A stretch of 64,000 bases of DNA from Clostridia bacterium (lineage in GTDB: Bacteria; Bacillota; Clostridia; Oscillospirales; Acutalibacteraceae): the NCBI GenBank assembly GCA_017398425.1, contig JAFQFZ010000039.1:5006-69005 (forward strand). The letters are read 5' to 3'. Made by a program: the position numbers and the translations under genes. Positions 17,767-27,351 of this stretch are shown here, one piece after another (positions within the stretch are counted from its first letter, which is position 1; every line of letters begins with the position of its first letter). The notes beneath the pieces are model-generated. The model was given only the letters and a program-made list of their open reading frames with translations, was not told the origin of the DNA and did no database searches.

Positions 17767-20700
17767 TTATTGCGCGTCGATGGTCGAGATCGTCAGCGTA
17801 GTTTCCTCGAGCACGTCGAGCAGCGCTTTGACCGTATCAAGCGAGGTGAACATCGTCACGTTGTATTCCGTCGCGACCTGACGCAGTTTCGCACCGTCGG
17901 TGTCGCTGTTGGAACCGGGGTTTTTGGTATTGATGAGGTAGGCGATGTGACCTTGGCGCAGGGCGTTGGGGATCTCGTCGCTGCCGTCGCTGATCTTGGT
18001 GCGCACATGGGTGCGGATGTTGTGCTCCTTGAGGAAGGAGGCGGTACCCTCGGTCGCTTCGATGTTGAAGCCGAGCTGATAGAAACGGCGGATCAGCGGG
18101 AGCGCTTCTTCCTTATCCTTGTCGGCGATGGTGCAGAACACGGTGCCGTAGTTCTGCAGATGCATGCCCGAAGCCTGGAGTGCTTTGTAGACGGCACGGG
18201 TCATGGTGCGATCGTAGCCGATGGCTTCGCCGGTGGACTTCATTTCGGGAGACAGATACGCGTCGAGGCCGCGGATCTTGTTGAAGGAGAAGACGGGAGC
18301 CTTGACGTACCAGCGCTCTTTCTCATCGGGATAGATGTCAAAGAAGCCTTGCTCCTTGAGCGTCTTGCCGAGAATGACTTCGGTGGCGATGTCCGCCAGC
18401 GAGTAGCCGGTCGCCTTCGAGAGGAACGGAACCGTACGCGACGAACGCGGGTTCACCTCGATGATATAGACGTTGTCCTCGTTGTCAACGATGAACTGGA
18501 TGTTGAACAGACCGACGATGCCGATGCCCAGACCCAGCTTCTTGGCGTATTGCAGGATAATGCCCTTGACCTTGTTGGAGATGGAGAAGGGAGGATACAC
18601 GGAGATGGAGTCGCCCGAGTGAACGCCCGTGCGCTCGACCAGTTCCATGATGCCGGGCACGAACACGTCGCGACCGTCGCAAATGGCGTCGATCTCGACC
18701 TCGCGGCCTTGGATGTATTTATCCACCAAGACGGGTTTGTCTTCGTCGATCTCCACCGCCGTCTTCAGATAGTGGCGCAATTGCTCTTCGTTGGCGACGA
18801 TCTGCATCGCACGACCGCCCAACACGAAGGAGGGACGCACCAGCACGGGATAGCCGATGTCGGTCGCGGCGGCAATGCCGTCTTCCATGTTGGTCACCGC
18901 TTTGCCCTTGGCGCGCGGAATGTTCAGCTCGTTGAGCAGGTTTTCAAACTCGTTGCGGTCCTCGGCGCGGTCGATGGCGGCGCAGTCGGTACCGATGATC
19001 TTCACACCGCGATCGTGCAGGGGTTGCGCCAGATTGATGGCGGTCTGACCTCCGAGCGACGCGATCACGCCTTCGGGTCTCTCAAACTCGACGATGTTCA
19101 TCACGTCTTCGGGCGTGAGCGGCTCGAAATAGAGCTTGTCCGCGGTGGTGTAGTCGGTCGACACGGTCTCGGGGTTGTTGTTGATGATGATGGCTTCGTA
19201 GCCGGCGTTCTTGATGGTCATGACCGCATGGACGGTGGAATAGTCGAATTCCACGCCCTGTCCGATGCGGATGGGGCCTGCACCCAGCACGATGATCTTT
19301 TTCTTATCGGTCAAGCGCGAGGTGTTCTCGCCGGTATACGACGAATAGAAATACGGGATATACGCATTGGTGTGGCAGGTGTCCACCATCTTGAACACGG
19401 GGAACAGGTTGAGCTCCTTACGCATGTTGTAGACATCCAGCTCCGCGCAGTTCCACAGACGGGCGATATACTTATCCGAGAAGCCCATCTTCTTGGCGGC
19501 GGTGAGGATCTCGCCGTCCTTGCGCGTGCGAAGCACTTCCTCCATGTCGATGATGTTCTTGATGGTCTCGAGGAAGAAGGGGGTGATCATGGTGATCTCG
19601 TGGATCTTCTCGAGCGACACACCGTGGTAGATCAGCTCCGCGATCGCAAAGATGTTGTCCGAGCGGAATTCCGAAATGTATTCGAGAAGCTCCTCGACAC
19701 TCATGTGATCAAATTTGGAAAGGTACATATGATTCGCACCGATCTCCAAAGAGCGGATACCCTTGAGGAGCGCTTCCTCGAGGTTGGAGCCGATGCCCAT
19801 GATCTCGCCCGTCGCCTTCATCTGGGTACCCAGCTTGTTGGTGGCGGAAGCGAATTTATCAAACGGGAAACGCGGGAGCTTTGCGATGACGTAGTCGAGC
19901 TTCGGCTCAAACGCCGCGTTGGTGTTGGCGATCTTGATGTCCTCGAGCGCCATGCCCACCGCGATCTTCGCGGTGACGCGGGCGATGGGATAGCCCGAAG
20001 CCTTCGATGCGAGCGCCGACGAACGCGACACGCGCGGGTTGACCTCGATGAGGTAGTATTCCGAACTGTGCGGATTGAGCGCGAACTGCACGTTACAGCC
20101 GCCTTCGATCTGCAACTCTTTGATGAGCTTGATGGCGGAGTCGTTGAGCATCTTCTCGTCTTCTTTGGAGAGCGTCATGATCGGCGCCACGACGCAGGAG
20201 TCGCCGGTGTGCACGCCGACGGGATCGATGTTTTCCATGCCGCAGATGGTGATGGCGTGGTCGTTGGAGTCACGCATGACCTCAAACTCGATCTCCTTGT
20301 AGCCCTTGACCGACTTCTCGATCAACACCTGATGCACAGGAGAGAGATTGAACGCGTTGACGCCGATCTCCATCAGCTCGTCGTCGTTGTAGGCAAAACC
20401 GCCGCCGGTGCCGCCCAGCGTGAACGCGGGACGCAGAACGACGGGATAGCCGATGCGGTTGGCGGCCGCTTTGGCTTCTTCCAGAGAATAGGTGATCTCC
20501 GAGGGGATGACCGGCTCACCGATGGACTCGCACAGCTCTTTGAACATTTCGCGGTCTTCCGCGCGCTCAATGGAGGCGCTCGATGTACCGAGCAGTTCGA
20601 CACAGCACTCCTTGAGGATGCCCTTCTTTTCGAGCTGCATCGCCAGGTTCAGACCGGTTTGTCCGCCGATGCCGGGGATGATGGCGTCGGGGCGCTCGTG

Positions 20701-20937
20701 ACGGATGATCTTCGCCACGTATTCCAGCGTCAGCGGTTCCATGTAGACTTTGTCGGCGATGATGGTGTCGGTCATGATGGTGGCGGGGTTCGAGTTGCAA
20801 AGAACCACCTCATAGCCCTCTTCCTTCAGCGCCAAGCACGCTTGCGTACCGGCGTAGTCAAACTCGGCGGCTTGACCGATCACGATGGGACCGGAGCCGA
20901 TGATCAGGATCTTTTTGATGTCTGTTCTTTTTGCCAT
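17767..20937 (-). CDS. carB: Carbamoyl-phosphate synthase large subunit
   Basis: Start at MAKRTDIKKILIIGSGPIVIGQAAEFDYAGTQA, with RBS GGGAGG. Two ATP-grasp halves plus an MGS-like C-terminus. Length is 1056 aa. Confidence 0.95.
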   Translation of the reverse strand: MAKRTDIKKILIIGSGPIVIGQAAEFDYAGTQACLALKEEGYEVVLCNSNPATIMTDTIIADKVYMEPLTLEYVAKIIRHERPDAIIPGIGGQTGLNLAMQLEKKGILKECCVELLGTSSASIERAEDREMFKELCESIGEPVIPSEITYSLEEAKAAANRIGYPVVLRPAFTLGGTGGGFAYNDDELMEIGVNAFNLSPVHQVLIEKSVKGYKEIEFEVMRDSNDHAITICGMENIDPVGVHTGDSCVVAPIMTLSKEDEKMLNDSAIKLIKELQIEGGCNVQFALNPHSSEYYLIEVNPRVSRSSALASKASGYPIARVTAKIAVGMALEDIKIANTNAAFEPKLDYVIAKLPRFPFDKFASATNKLGTQMKATGEIMGIGSNLEEALLKGIRSLEIGANHMYLSKFDHMSVEELLEYISEFRSDNIFAIAELIYHGVSLEKIHEITMITPFFLETIKNIIDMEEVLRTRKDGEILTAAKKMGFSDKYIARLWNCAELDVYNMRKELNLFPVFKMVDTCHTNAYIPYFYSSYTGENTSRLTDKKKIIVLGAGPIRIGQGVEFDYSTVHAVMTIKNAGYEAIIINNNPETVSTDYTTADKLYFEPLTPEDVMNIVEFERPEGVIASLGGQTAINLAQPLHDRGVKIIGTDCAAIDRAEDRNEFENLLNELNIPRAKGKAVTNMEDGIAAATDIGYPVLVRPSFVLGGRAMQIVANEEQLRHYLKTAVEIDEDKPVLVDKYIQGREVEIDAICDGRDVFVPGIMELVERTGVHSGDSISVYPPFSISNKVKGIILQYAKKLGLGIGIVGLFNIQFIVDNEDNVYIIEVNPRSSRTVPFLSKATGYSLADIATEVILGKTLKEQGFFDIYPDEKERWYVKAPVFSFNKIRGLDAYLSPEMKSTGEAIGYDRTMTRAVYKALQASGMHLQNYGTVFCTIADKDKEEALPLIRRFYQLGFNIEATEGTASFLKEHNIRTHVRTKISDGSDEIPNALRQGHIAYLINTKNPGSNSDTDGAKLRQVATEYNVTMFTSLDTVKALLDVLEETTLTISTIDAQ

Positions 20938-20994
20938 ATAGAAAGACCTCCCATTTTTGCACGGAATAGACGGTTGCCTAAATTTTTTCATTTT

Positions 20995-21023
20995 ATTATA
21001 GCACAGCCCATGTTAATCGTCAA
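20995..21023 (-). promoter_or_regulatory. Sigma-70-type promoter for carB
   Basis: The minus strand reads TTGACG, 17 nt, TATAAT, about 55 nt upstream of the carB ATG. Confidence 0.6.
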
Positions 21024-21141
21024 TCAAAATTATGATCGGATTTTCAAGTTTTTACCGATGTTTTTTGTACCGTATTCCGCCCTCGCTTTTGAAGTATTAG
21101 GATGGTGTATATATTATATACCATAAAAAAAGATTCCCCTC

Positions 21142-21170
21142 TTGACAATTAGGAGGAAAAGTAGTATGGT
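21142..21170 (+). promoter_or_regulatory. Sigma-70-type promoter for the glycine riboswitch and symporter
   Basis: TTGACA, 17 nt, TATGGT. Confidence 0.65.
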
Positions 21171-21199
21171 TAGCAGGTTGAACTGAATAGCGCTATGTG

Positions 21200-21362
21200 A
21201 AATCAGCAGGAGATAAGGCTTCGGCCTTTCCAAAGGGGTAATACTCTCGGGTGTCTTAATGACGAAGACTGTTGACGGATGGCAATCTGGAGAAGTCCGC
21301 CGATGCGCGGATGCCGAAGGGGCAAGGGGTAACACCGCAATCTCTCAGGCAAAAGGACAGAT
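21200..21362 (+). ncRNA. Glycine riboswitch (clear 3' aptamer; degenerate or ghost 5' aptamer)
   Basis: The 3' aptamer CTGGAGAA..GCCGAAGGGGCAA..AATCTCTCAGGCAAAAGGACAG matches the glycine aptamer core. The upstream CAGGAGA..CCAAAGGGGTAA..TCTCGGGTG..GAC is a weaker copy. The downstream gene is an alanine/glycine symporter. Confidence 0.75.
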
Positions 21363-21407
21363 CAAAAGCTTTGCACGCTTCACGCGTGCGGTATCGTGTT
21401 CTTTTTT

Positions 21408-21445
21408 CACCGCTGTCCGCATAGGATCAGCGGTGTTTTCGTTTT
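21408..21445 (+). terminator. Riboswitch expression-platform terminator
   Basis: caccgctg-tccgcatagga-tcagcggtg followed by ttttcgtttt, about 40 nt before the symporter ATG. Confidence 0.75.
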
Positions 21446-21483
21446 ATTCGGTCGACAAATATTTTGAGGAGGTTCATAGGGGT

Positions 21484-23037
21484 ATGAACGAATTTTTATC
21501 CACCGTCGAAAGCGTCAACGGCGAAATCAACGGATTCGTCTGGGGCGCGTTCGGTCTGATCCTTTTGATCGGTACGGGTGTGGCCATCACCGTGATGACC
21601 AAGTGCTTCCAGGTGTCGCACATCGGTCTGTGGTTTAAGAACACGCTCGGCAGTCTGTTCAAGAAGGATGTCATCAAACACAGTAAAGAAAAAGGTTCCA
21701 TCTCGCCGTTCCAGGCGCTGTGCACGGCACTCGCCGCGACCGTCGGCACAGGCAACATCGCGGGTGTTGCGTCGGCGATCTGCGTCGGCGGTGCGGGTGC
21801 GGTGTTCTGGATGTGGGTCGCCGCCTTCTTCGGTATGATGACCAACTACGCGGAAAACGTCCTCGGCATCTACTACCGCCGCAAGAACGAAAAGGGCGAG
21901 TGGTCCGGCGGCGCGATGTACTATCTGCGCGACGGCCTCGGCAAGAAAAAGGGCATGAAGCACGTCGGCAAGGTGCTGGCGGTGCTGTTCTGCATCTTCA
22001 CGATGCTCGCTTCCTTCGGCATCGGCAGTATGGGTCAGGTCAACAAGATCGTCACCAACGTGGCGCAGGCATTCGACGTGTCGGCGCTGTCGTCCATCCA
22101 AGTGTTCGAAGGCGTGTCGCTGTATAACCTGATCCTCGGCATCGCGATCATGGCGCTGACCGCGCTCATCACGCTCGGCGGTCTGAAGCGTATCGCCAAC
22201 GTCGCGGAAAAGATCGTCCCCGTGATGGTGGTGCTCTTTGTGTTCGGTAGCCTTGTGGTCATCGGGGTCAACTACGCGAACGTCCTGCCGGCGTTCGGCG
22301 CGATCTTCAAAAATGCGTTCTGTCCGGAAGCGTTCGTCGGCGGCGGCATCGGTGCCGTCATCAGCAAGGTCGTCACCCAGGGCTTCAAGCGCGGCGTGTT
22401 TTCCAACGAAGCGGGTCTCGGCTCGTCGGTTATGGTGCACTCCAATTCGAACATCAAAGAACCCGTCAAGCAGGGCATGTGGGGTATCTTTGAAGTGTTT
22501 GCCGATACGATCGTCGTCTGCACGATGACCGCGCTTGTCATCCTGACGGCGGGCGGCCTGAACGGCGGCGTGTTCAACGCGGTGACCGGTGAGATCGCCG
22601 CGGGCTACAGCGACGCGACGCTGGTCGGCGGTGCGTTCAACTCCGTGTTCTCGTGGGGCGGCATCGGCGAGAAGTTCATCGCCATCGCCATGTTCCTCTT
22701 TGCGTTCACCACGGTGCTCGGCTGGTCGCACTACGGCTCCAAAGCGTGGGAGTACCTCTTCGGTGCGAAGACCACGATCATCTTCCGCATCATCCACGTG
22801 CTCACCGTGGTGCTTGGTGCGGTGCTTACGTCGTCGCTTGCTTGGGATATCTCCGATACCTTCAACGGCTTGATGATGATCCCCAACTTGATCGGTGTGC
22901 TGGTGTTGTCTCCGCTGGTCGTCAAGATCACGAAGAACTATCTGCGCCGTGTCAAGAAGAAGGAAAACATCGAACCGATGTACAACTTCGATCCCGAGAC
23001 CCAATCCGCCGAGCTGACTCGCGAGGTCGAAGAATAA
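21484..23037 (+). CDS. Sodium:alanine/glycine symporter (AGCS family)
   Basis: Start at MNEFLSTVESVNG after GAGGAGG. Contains ISPFQALCTALAATVGTGNIAGVA. Polytopic membrane protein. The track's upstream extension covers the riboswitch. Confidence 0.9.
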   Translation: MNEFLSTVESVNGEINGFVWGAFGLILLIGTGVAITVMTKCFQVSHIGLWFKNTLGSLFKKDVIKHSKEKGSISPFQALCTALAATVGTGNIAGVASAICVGGAGAVFWMWVAAFFGMMTNYAENVLGIYYRRKNEKGEWSGGAMYYLRDGLGKKKGMKHVGKVLAVLFCIFTMLASFGIGSMGQVNKIVTNVAQAFDVSALSSIQVFEGVSLYNLILGIAIMALTALITLGGLKRIANVAEKIVPVMVVLFVFGSLVVIGVNYANVLPAFGAIFKNAFCPEAFVGGGIGAVISKVVTQGFKRGVFSNEAGLGSSVMVHSNSNIKEPVKQGMWGIFEVFADTIVVCTMTALVILTAGGLNGGVFNAVTGEIAAGYSDATLVGGAFNSVFSWGGIGEKFIAIAMFLFAFTTVLGWSHYGSKAWEYLFGAKTTIIFRIIHVLTVVLGAVLTSSLAWDISDTFNGLMMIPNLIGVLVLSPLVVKITKNYLRRVKKKENIEPMYNFDPETQSAELTREVEE

Positions 23038-23057
23038 ACCCGAATTGCATATACAAT

Positions 23058-23092
23058 AAAAGCGGAGAGTGCTGTGCACTCTCCGCTTTTTC
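23058..23092. terminator. Terminator between convergent genes
   Basis: aaaagcggagagtgc-tgt-gcactctccgcttttt. Confidence 0.85.
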
Positions 23093-23117
23093 TGTCGTTG
23101 CTTCGATGTTGGGGTTC

Positions 23118-26100
23118 TCAGCTTCCCGATACGGTTTTGAACAGACGAAGCGCGTCCATCATATTGATGGTGCCGTCTCCCGTATAATCCGCGATCGCTT
23201 CTTGTTCCGCGGTCATCTCTCTGGCACCGTTGACGCAACCGAAGAGAAGCAGCGCATCCATCGTGTTGAGCATACCGTCTCCGTTCATGTCGCCCAGAAG
23301 CGCGGCCGTGCCGACGGTGATCTCAACGTAATCGTATTCGTCGAATCCCGTCGTGCCGTCCCACGGGGTCATCGCGTCACTGCCGTATTCGCTGACTGTC
23401 ACCGTGGCGCCGTCAGCGATCGACACATCGCACCATGCGATCGCGTAATCGATGGGTGTACGGGCAATGAGCGTGCCGCCGTTGACCGTCACCGGCGGAT
23501 AATCGTCGCCGTTGATGCCGCACTGCGGCCCGTACACGTCCAGTGTGCCGCCGTTCACCGTCAGGCTTTTATACAGCCAGAGGCCGTCGTATTTATTGTC
23601 CTTCACGACAACCGTGCCGCTGTTCACCGTGACGTCGCCCGTTGCAAAAATTCCTTCGCCGTTCGTGATCAGCGTCAAGTCGCCGTCACCCTCCAACGTC
23701 AGCGAGCTGCCGGTGACGATGCCGTTGGCGTTCGGCGACGTCAGTGTCGAGGACAGCTCCGTCTTGATTGTCAGCGGGTGATAGGCGTCAACCATGTTAT
23801 AATCGCCCTGCGCTGTCCACGTAAAATCATGCAGCGTCAGTACGCCGTCTTTGTAGTAGGCGTAGCCTGCGTCCTTGTCAACAGTATCTTCGGTTCGGAC
23901 ACCCCAATGATCGCTGTCGAGATACAGGCCGTCCCGCAACCACATACCGCCGACGAACACGCCGTCGACGTTTTTGGCAAGTTCGAAGGTGCGTGCCGCT
24001 TCGACCGTGTTCACGGCACCGTCATCCGTGTTGCTGTCGGTCGAATAGACAAAGCTTGCGGGAACGCCGTCCACGGTGACGTTAACGGCAAGGGTGCCTT
24101 CGTTATCGGTGGCAAACCAACCGCCGTCGTACGTTTCCAACGTCGCGTACACCTGATGGCGGCGATCGGATTTGAACTTACCGTCCAGTCGGCTGAAGCC
24201 GGCTCCCGCCGTACCCGGATTGGTTTCATAGTACCACTCCAGCCCCGTGTAATTTACAAGGTCGGTTTTGACGACTGCGTCGCTGTCGGGTGTTTTGCCG
24301 CCGATCGGATACTGCACGTCCACGATCTCGATATCGGTGATGCACGAGGCGGTGTCGTATTCGGCGTACACAACCGCCGCTTCATCCGTCAGATAATAAT
24401 ATTGTGCGAACTCGCCGTTGAGCACCGCACCGCGGGAGTCAAGATTGATGGACCGTCCCGCAGACGGAAGGAGACGGATCTCGACCCGATACACGGTGTT
24501 CTTCTTGAAGCATTCCTCATAGGAAAGCGAAGCGATCCGATATCCGTTGTCATCCAGCTCATACCACGTCACACCGCCGAATTGTGTGTAGGGACTGCTG
24601 ATCGTCACGTTAAAGTCGGGCGCTTGTCCCGGCGCAGGGCGCATCAGTTCGCCGATCTCCGCATAATCGGTCACACCCGTATAGGAAGCCTCCCCAAGCT
24701 CACCGTATGCCCACAGAACGCTCGCCGTACATCCGTCATCACTAACAACGATGTTCAGACCGGTAGAGCCGTCATAACCGTTATACAGGGTTTCGTTGCC
24801 GTTGACCGATCCGCGGATCACGGCGGTCTGTGCAAACGTATACGGTTCTGCCGCTTCCACGGTATACACCGCGCTGTACGTATTTCCTTTTCGGAACGTC
24901 GTGTTCTCGGCCATCGTATGGCCGTTTTCGATCCACGTCACGCCGGTGACGGTGGCATAGGGCATCAACGCTTCCGTCAGCGACGCGTCGGCATAGGGGC
25001 GCTGTCCGACGGACGGTGCCACCGCGCCGATAACGTCGATGCGGTTGATCGGATCCGGTAAGGAAGCGAGCGGAATATAAAGCGCGGCCACCTGGATCTG
25101 TTTTGAAGATACCGGCTGAAAGTTCGTTTGAACCGCACCGCGGACAGACACGTTGAGCGGTTGCTCGTCCGTTGAAAAGTCACTCAAAGAATCCGCGGAT
25201 ACGCCGACCACCCACGCATAGAGGTAACCTTCTTCAAAAACGTCATTTACGGTCAGCTCACGGATCTCGGATTCGTTCTCGCTGATGCGCAACCACGTAA
25301 GATCTACGGATTCTTTAGCGGCGGGAATATCCTCTTTGTATCCGTATTCTACGGTGGCCACCGTATCCACCTTGTTTCCGACTACGGGAGTACGGATATC
25401 GGTGAAGGTGATATCCTCAATGGTACGGGACGTGCTGTTACAGGCGGGAAAATCAAATGTGACCTGCACGATCTGTGCAGGACTTTGATCGCCGTACGGT
25501 TCCACTCGTGCAGGCAATCCGTTGACAGTGGCACGGATATACGGATCGACCGTGCCGTCCTCGTGCAAAAGGTAACAAAGGCGCGTGCTGTCCTGGAAAA
25601 TCGATTTGGCTTTCACCAGTACCGTGACGCTGTAGTCGGCGCCCTCGTTGAACACCGAATTGCTGTTACACGTGAAATGATTTGTGCGGTTGACCCATTT
25701 GACACCGTCATAAAACCCGTTCGCGGTCACGGGTGCGTATTCGCAGTTTTCGCCGTAAAGTGTCGGCGCGTACGACGCTTTTTTGCCTGCCACGGGATAC
25801 GGGATATTCAGACCGATACGGTCGGCACCGCCGCCGAGAACATCGGTGTCGGCGCAGGTGAATTTGGTGCGAAGCTTCAAGTAGCGGCTCTGATCCTCTT
25901 CTTGCGCCGAGATATTGACAGCCTCAATGCCTTCAACGGTTGCGTTTACGGCACTTTCTCCGCCTTCGGTGGCAAAACGGTAAGGATCTTTGGCTCTCAG
26001 CTGTATTTCCATGGTATAGGTTTCGCCCGCTTTAAAGGTATCGGTTTCGTCTAAAATGGAATACGTATTGCTGTTATACCACGCAACGCCGTTGATAAAC

Positions 26101-26684
26101 GCCGTGCCTGCGTAAGGATCGATCTCCATACGCTCGTGATCGTACGCCAGTGTAAAGACGGGAGCTTCCCCTGCAACGGGGCGAAGATTACCGCCGACCG
26201 CCACTTCGGCAATATCGGGAGGCGGATTTTTACATACCCCGAAATCGTATGTCACCACGGCCTTACTGGCATAGCCGTTCGTAACGACGGCAGGTTCGCC
26301 GTTGACCGTTGCTTCCAATGAGGAAGAAAATTGATAGAAATAGTTTTGGACGTACACGGCCACGTGCACCGTATATGCGTGTCCCGCGACGAAAAGTTCT
26401 CCTTCCTCCAGATAACGTCCGTCGGTATAATCGTACCAACCGACACCGCGATGGTAATGGAGATTGTCTTTCTGCTCCACATATACACGCGCGGCGTTGG
26501 TCGGCAACGCACCGACTCCGACGTCAAAGTCCGCTTCACGCCCTGCCATCGGTGCCTCGGCGTATACTTTTAAAAAAGTCAATGTGTCAATATGCAGTCC
26601 GTCGGCCAACGCTGACAGCGGCAATGCATTACACAGCATGAACAAAACCGCAACAACGGCGGTTATCGCTTTCTGCATTTTCAT
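23118..26684 (-). CDS. 1188-aa secreted modular protein: ~8 reiterated ~120-aa beta-sandwich-like modules, a beta-helix-like segment and a C-terminal dockerin
   Basis: RBS AAAGGAGG and signal peptide MKMQKAITAVVAVLFMLCNALPLSALA. Modules repeatedly end in ..ATVNG.PA.V. The segment LTLEGDGDLTLITNGEGIFATGDVTVNSGTVVV..LTVNGGTLDV is beta-helix-like. Dockerin GDMNGDGMLNTMDALLLF / DYTGDGTINMMDALRLF. Confidence 0.75.
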   Translation of the reverse strand: MKMQKAITAVVAVLFMLCNALPLSALADGLHIDTLTFLKVYAEAPMAGREADFDVGVGALPTNAARVYVEQKDNLHYHRGVGWYDYTDGRYLEEGELFVAGHAYTVHVAVYVQNYFYQFSSSLEATVNGEPAVVTNGYASKAVVTYDFGVCKNPPPDIAEVAVGGNLRPVAGEAPVFTLAYDHERMEIDPYAGTAFINGVAWYNSNTYSILDETDTFKAGETYTMEIQLRAKDPYRFATEGGESAVNATVEGIEAVNISAQEEDQSRYLKLRTKFTCADTDVLGGGADRIGLNIPYPVAGKKASYAPTLYGENCEYAPVTANGFYDGVKWVNRTNHFTCNSNSVFNEGADYSVTVLVKAKSIFQDSTRLCYLLHEDGTVDPYIRATVNGLPARVEPYGDQSPAQIVQVTFDFPACNSTSRTIEDITFTDIRTPVVGNKVDTVATVEYGYKEDIPAAKESVDLTWLRISENESEIRELTVNDVFEEGYLYAWVVGVSADSLSDFSTDEQPLNVSVRGAVQTNFQPVSSKQIQVAALYIPLASLPDPINRIDVIGAVAPSVGQRPYADASLTEALMPYATVTGVTWIENGHTMAENTTFRKGNTYSAVYTVEAAEPYTFAQTAVIRGSVNGNETLYNGYDGSTGLNIVVSDDGCTASVLWAYGELGEASYTGVTDYAEIGELMRPAPGQAPDFNVTISSPYTQFGGVTWYELDDNGYRIASLSYEECFKKNTVYRVEIRLLPSAGRSINLDSRGAVLNGEFAQYYYLTDEAAVVYAEYDTASCITDIEIVDVQYPIGGKTPDSDAVVKTDLVNYTGLEWYYETNPGTAGAGFSRLDGKFKSDRRHQVYATLETYDGGWFATDNEGTLAVNVTVDGVPASFVYSTDSNTDDGAVNTVEAARTFELAKNVDGVFVGGMWLRDGLYLDSDHWGVRTEDTVDKDAGYAYYKDGVLTLHDFTWTAQGDYNMVDAYHPLTIKTELSSTLTSPNANGIVTGSSLTLEGDGDLTLITNGEGIFATGDVTVNSGTVVVKDNKYDGLWLYKSLTVNGGTLDVYGPQCGINGDDYPPVTVNGGTLIARTPIDYAIAWCDVSIADGATVTVSEYGSDAMTPWDGTTGFDEYDYVEITVGTAALLGDMNGDGMLNTMDALLLFGCVNGAREMTAEQEAIADYTGDGTINMMDALRLFKTVSGS

Positions 26685-26918
26685 GCCGGATTCCTCCTTT
26701 GTGATATGGTTTCACAGGTTTGTATACACTCGCAGAAGTATCCCGTCGATACTTCTGTGCGGTATTGGATGGTGCCCCGAGGATTCTTTTGCGTCAGAAC
26801 CGCCGTGTCGGTAAAATGCGGATCCGCGTTTTACCGGATTTATAAGGCATCACTCCTTAAGCGTCGGTTCTGTTCATGTTTGTGCGGCGGGCACTTTTGC
26901 CAAGTATTTGCTGAATAC

Positions 26919-26947
26919 AGTATAGCATGCCGAAACCGAAAAGTCAC
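26919..26947 (-). promoter_or_regulatory. Possible promoter for the 23118-26684 gene (long leader)
   Basis: The minus strand reads GTGACT, 17 nt, TATACT. The -35 is weak. The ~230-nt leader contains two strong hairpins (26734-26758 and 26809-26836). Confidence 0.3.
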
Positions 26948-27351
26948 TAGTGTTATCATAGTTTTTATGTGAAAAGGCGGCAAAGAAAATTCGCCGCCGG
27001 CAATTCAACGACTGCAGCTTTACCGTTGCCGACACGATGAATCGCTCACCGCCACGCTGACAAATATTCATTAACGATTTGGAAATGACAGTCCGCTGCA
27101 CTTGTGCTGCACTAACGATGCTTGGGTGCGCATATAAGGCGTGAAAAGGCGGTAGAACCGCGTGGCGTATACGCAAAAGCAGAGGCGTCATCGTAGGGCG
27201 GGGGCTTGCTCCCGCCGTTTTGCGTAATTTCGCGGTGGCACCAAGGCACCGCCCTACGCAAAAACAATCATTATTGGACGGACTCGAAGTCGCTTCGCGA
27301 CCCCTCCCCAGATGCCCGAAAATCACGGCGGGCGCATCCGCGCTGATCCTT

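Noticed and set aside
17644-21126. 1160-aa ORF on the plus strand
   Set aside because: It is exactly antisense to carB, whose product is unmistakable. Its low-complexity, R/G/V/D/H-rich translation is typical of shadow frames in GC-rich DNA.
22653-25061. 802-aa plus-strand ORF (and 21496-23238 on the minus strand)
   Set aside because: These are antisense shadows of the 23118-26684 gene and the symporter gene. They cross a strong terminator and lack motifs.
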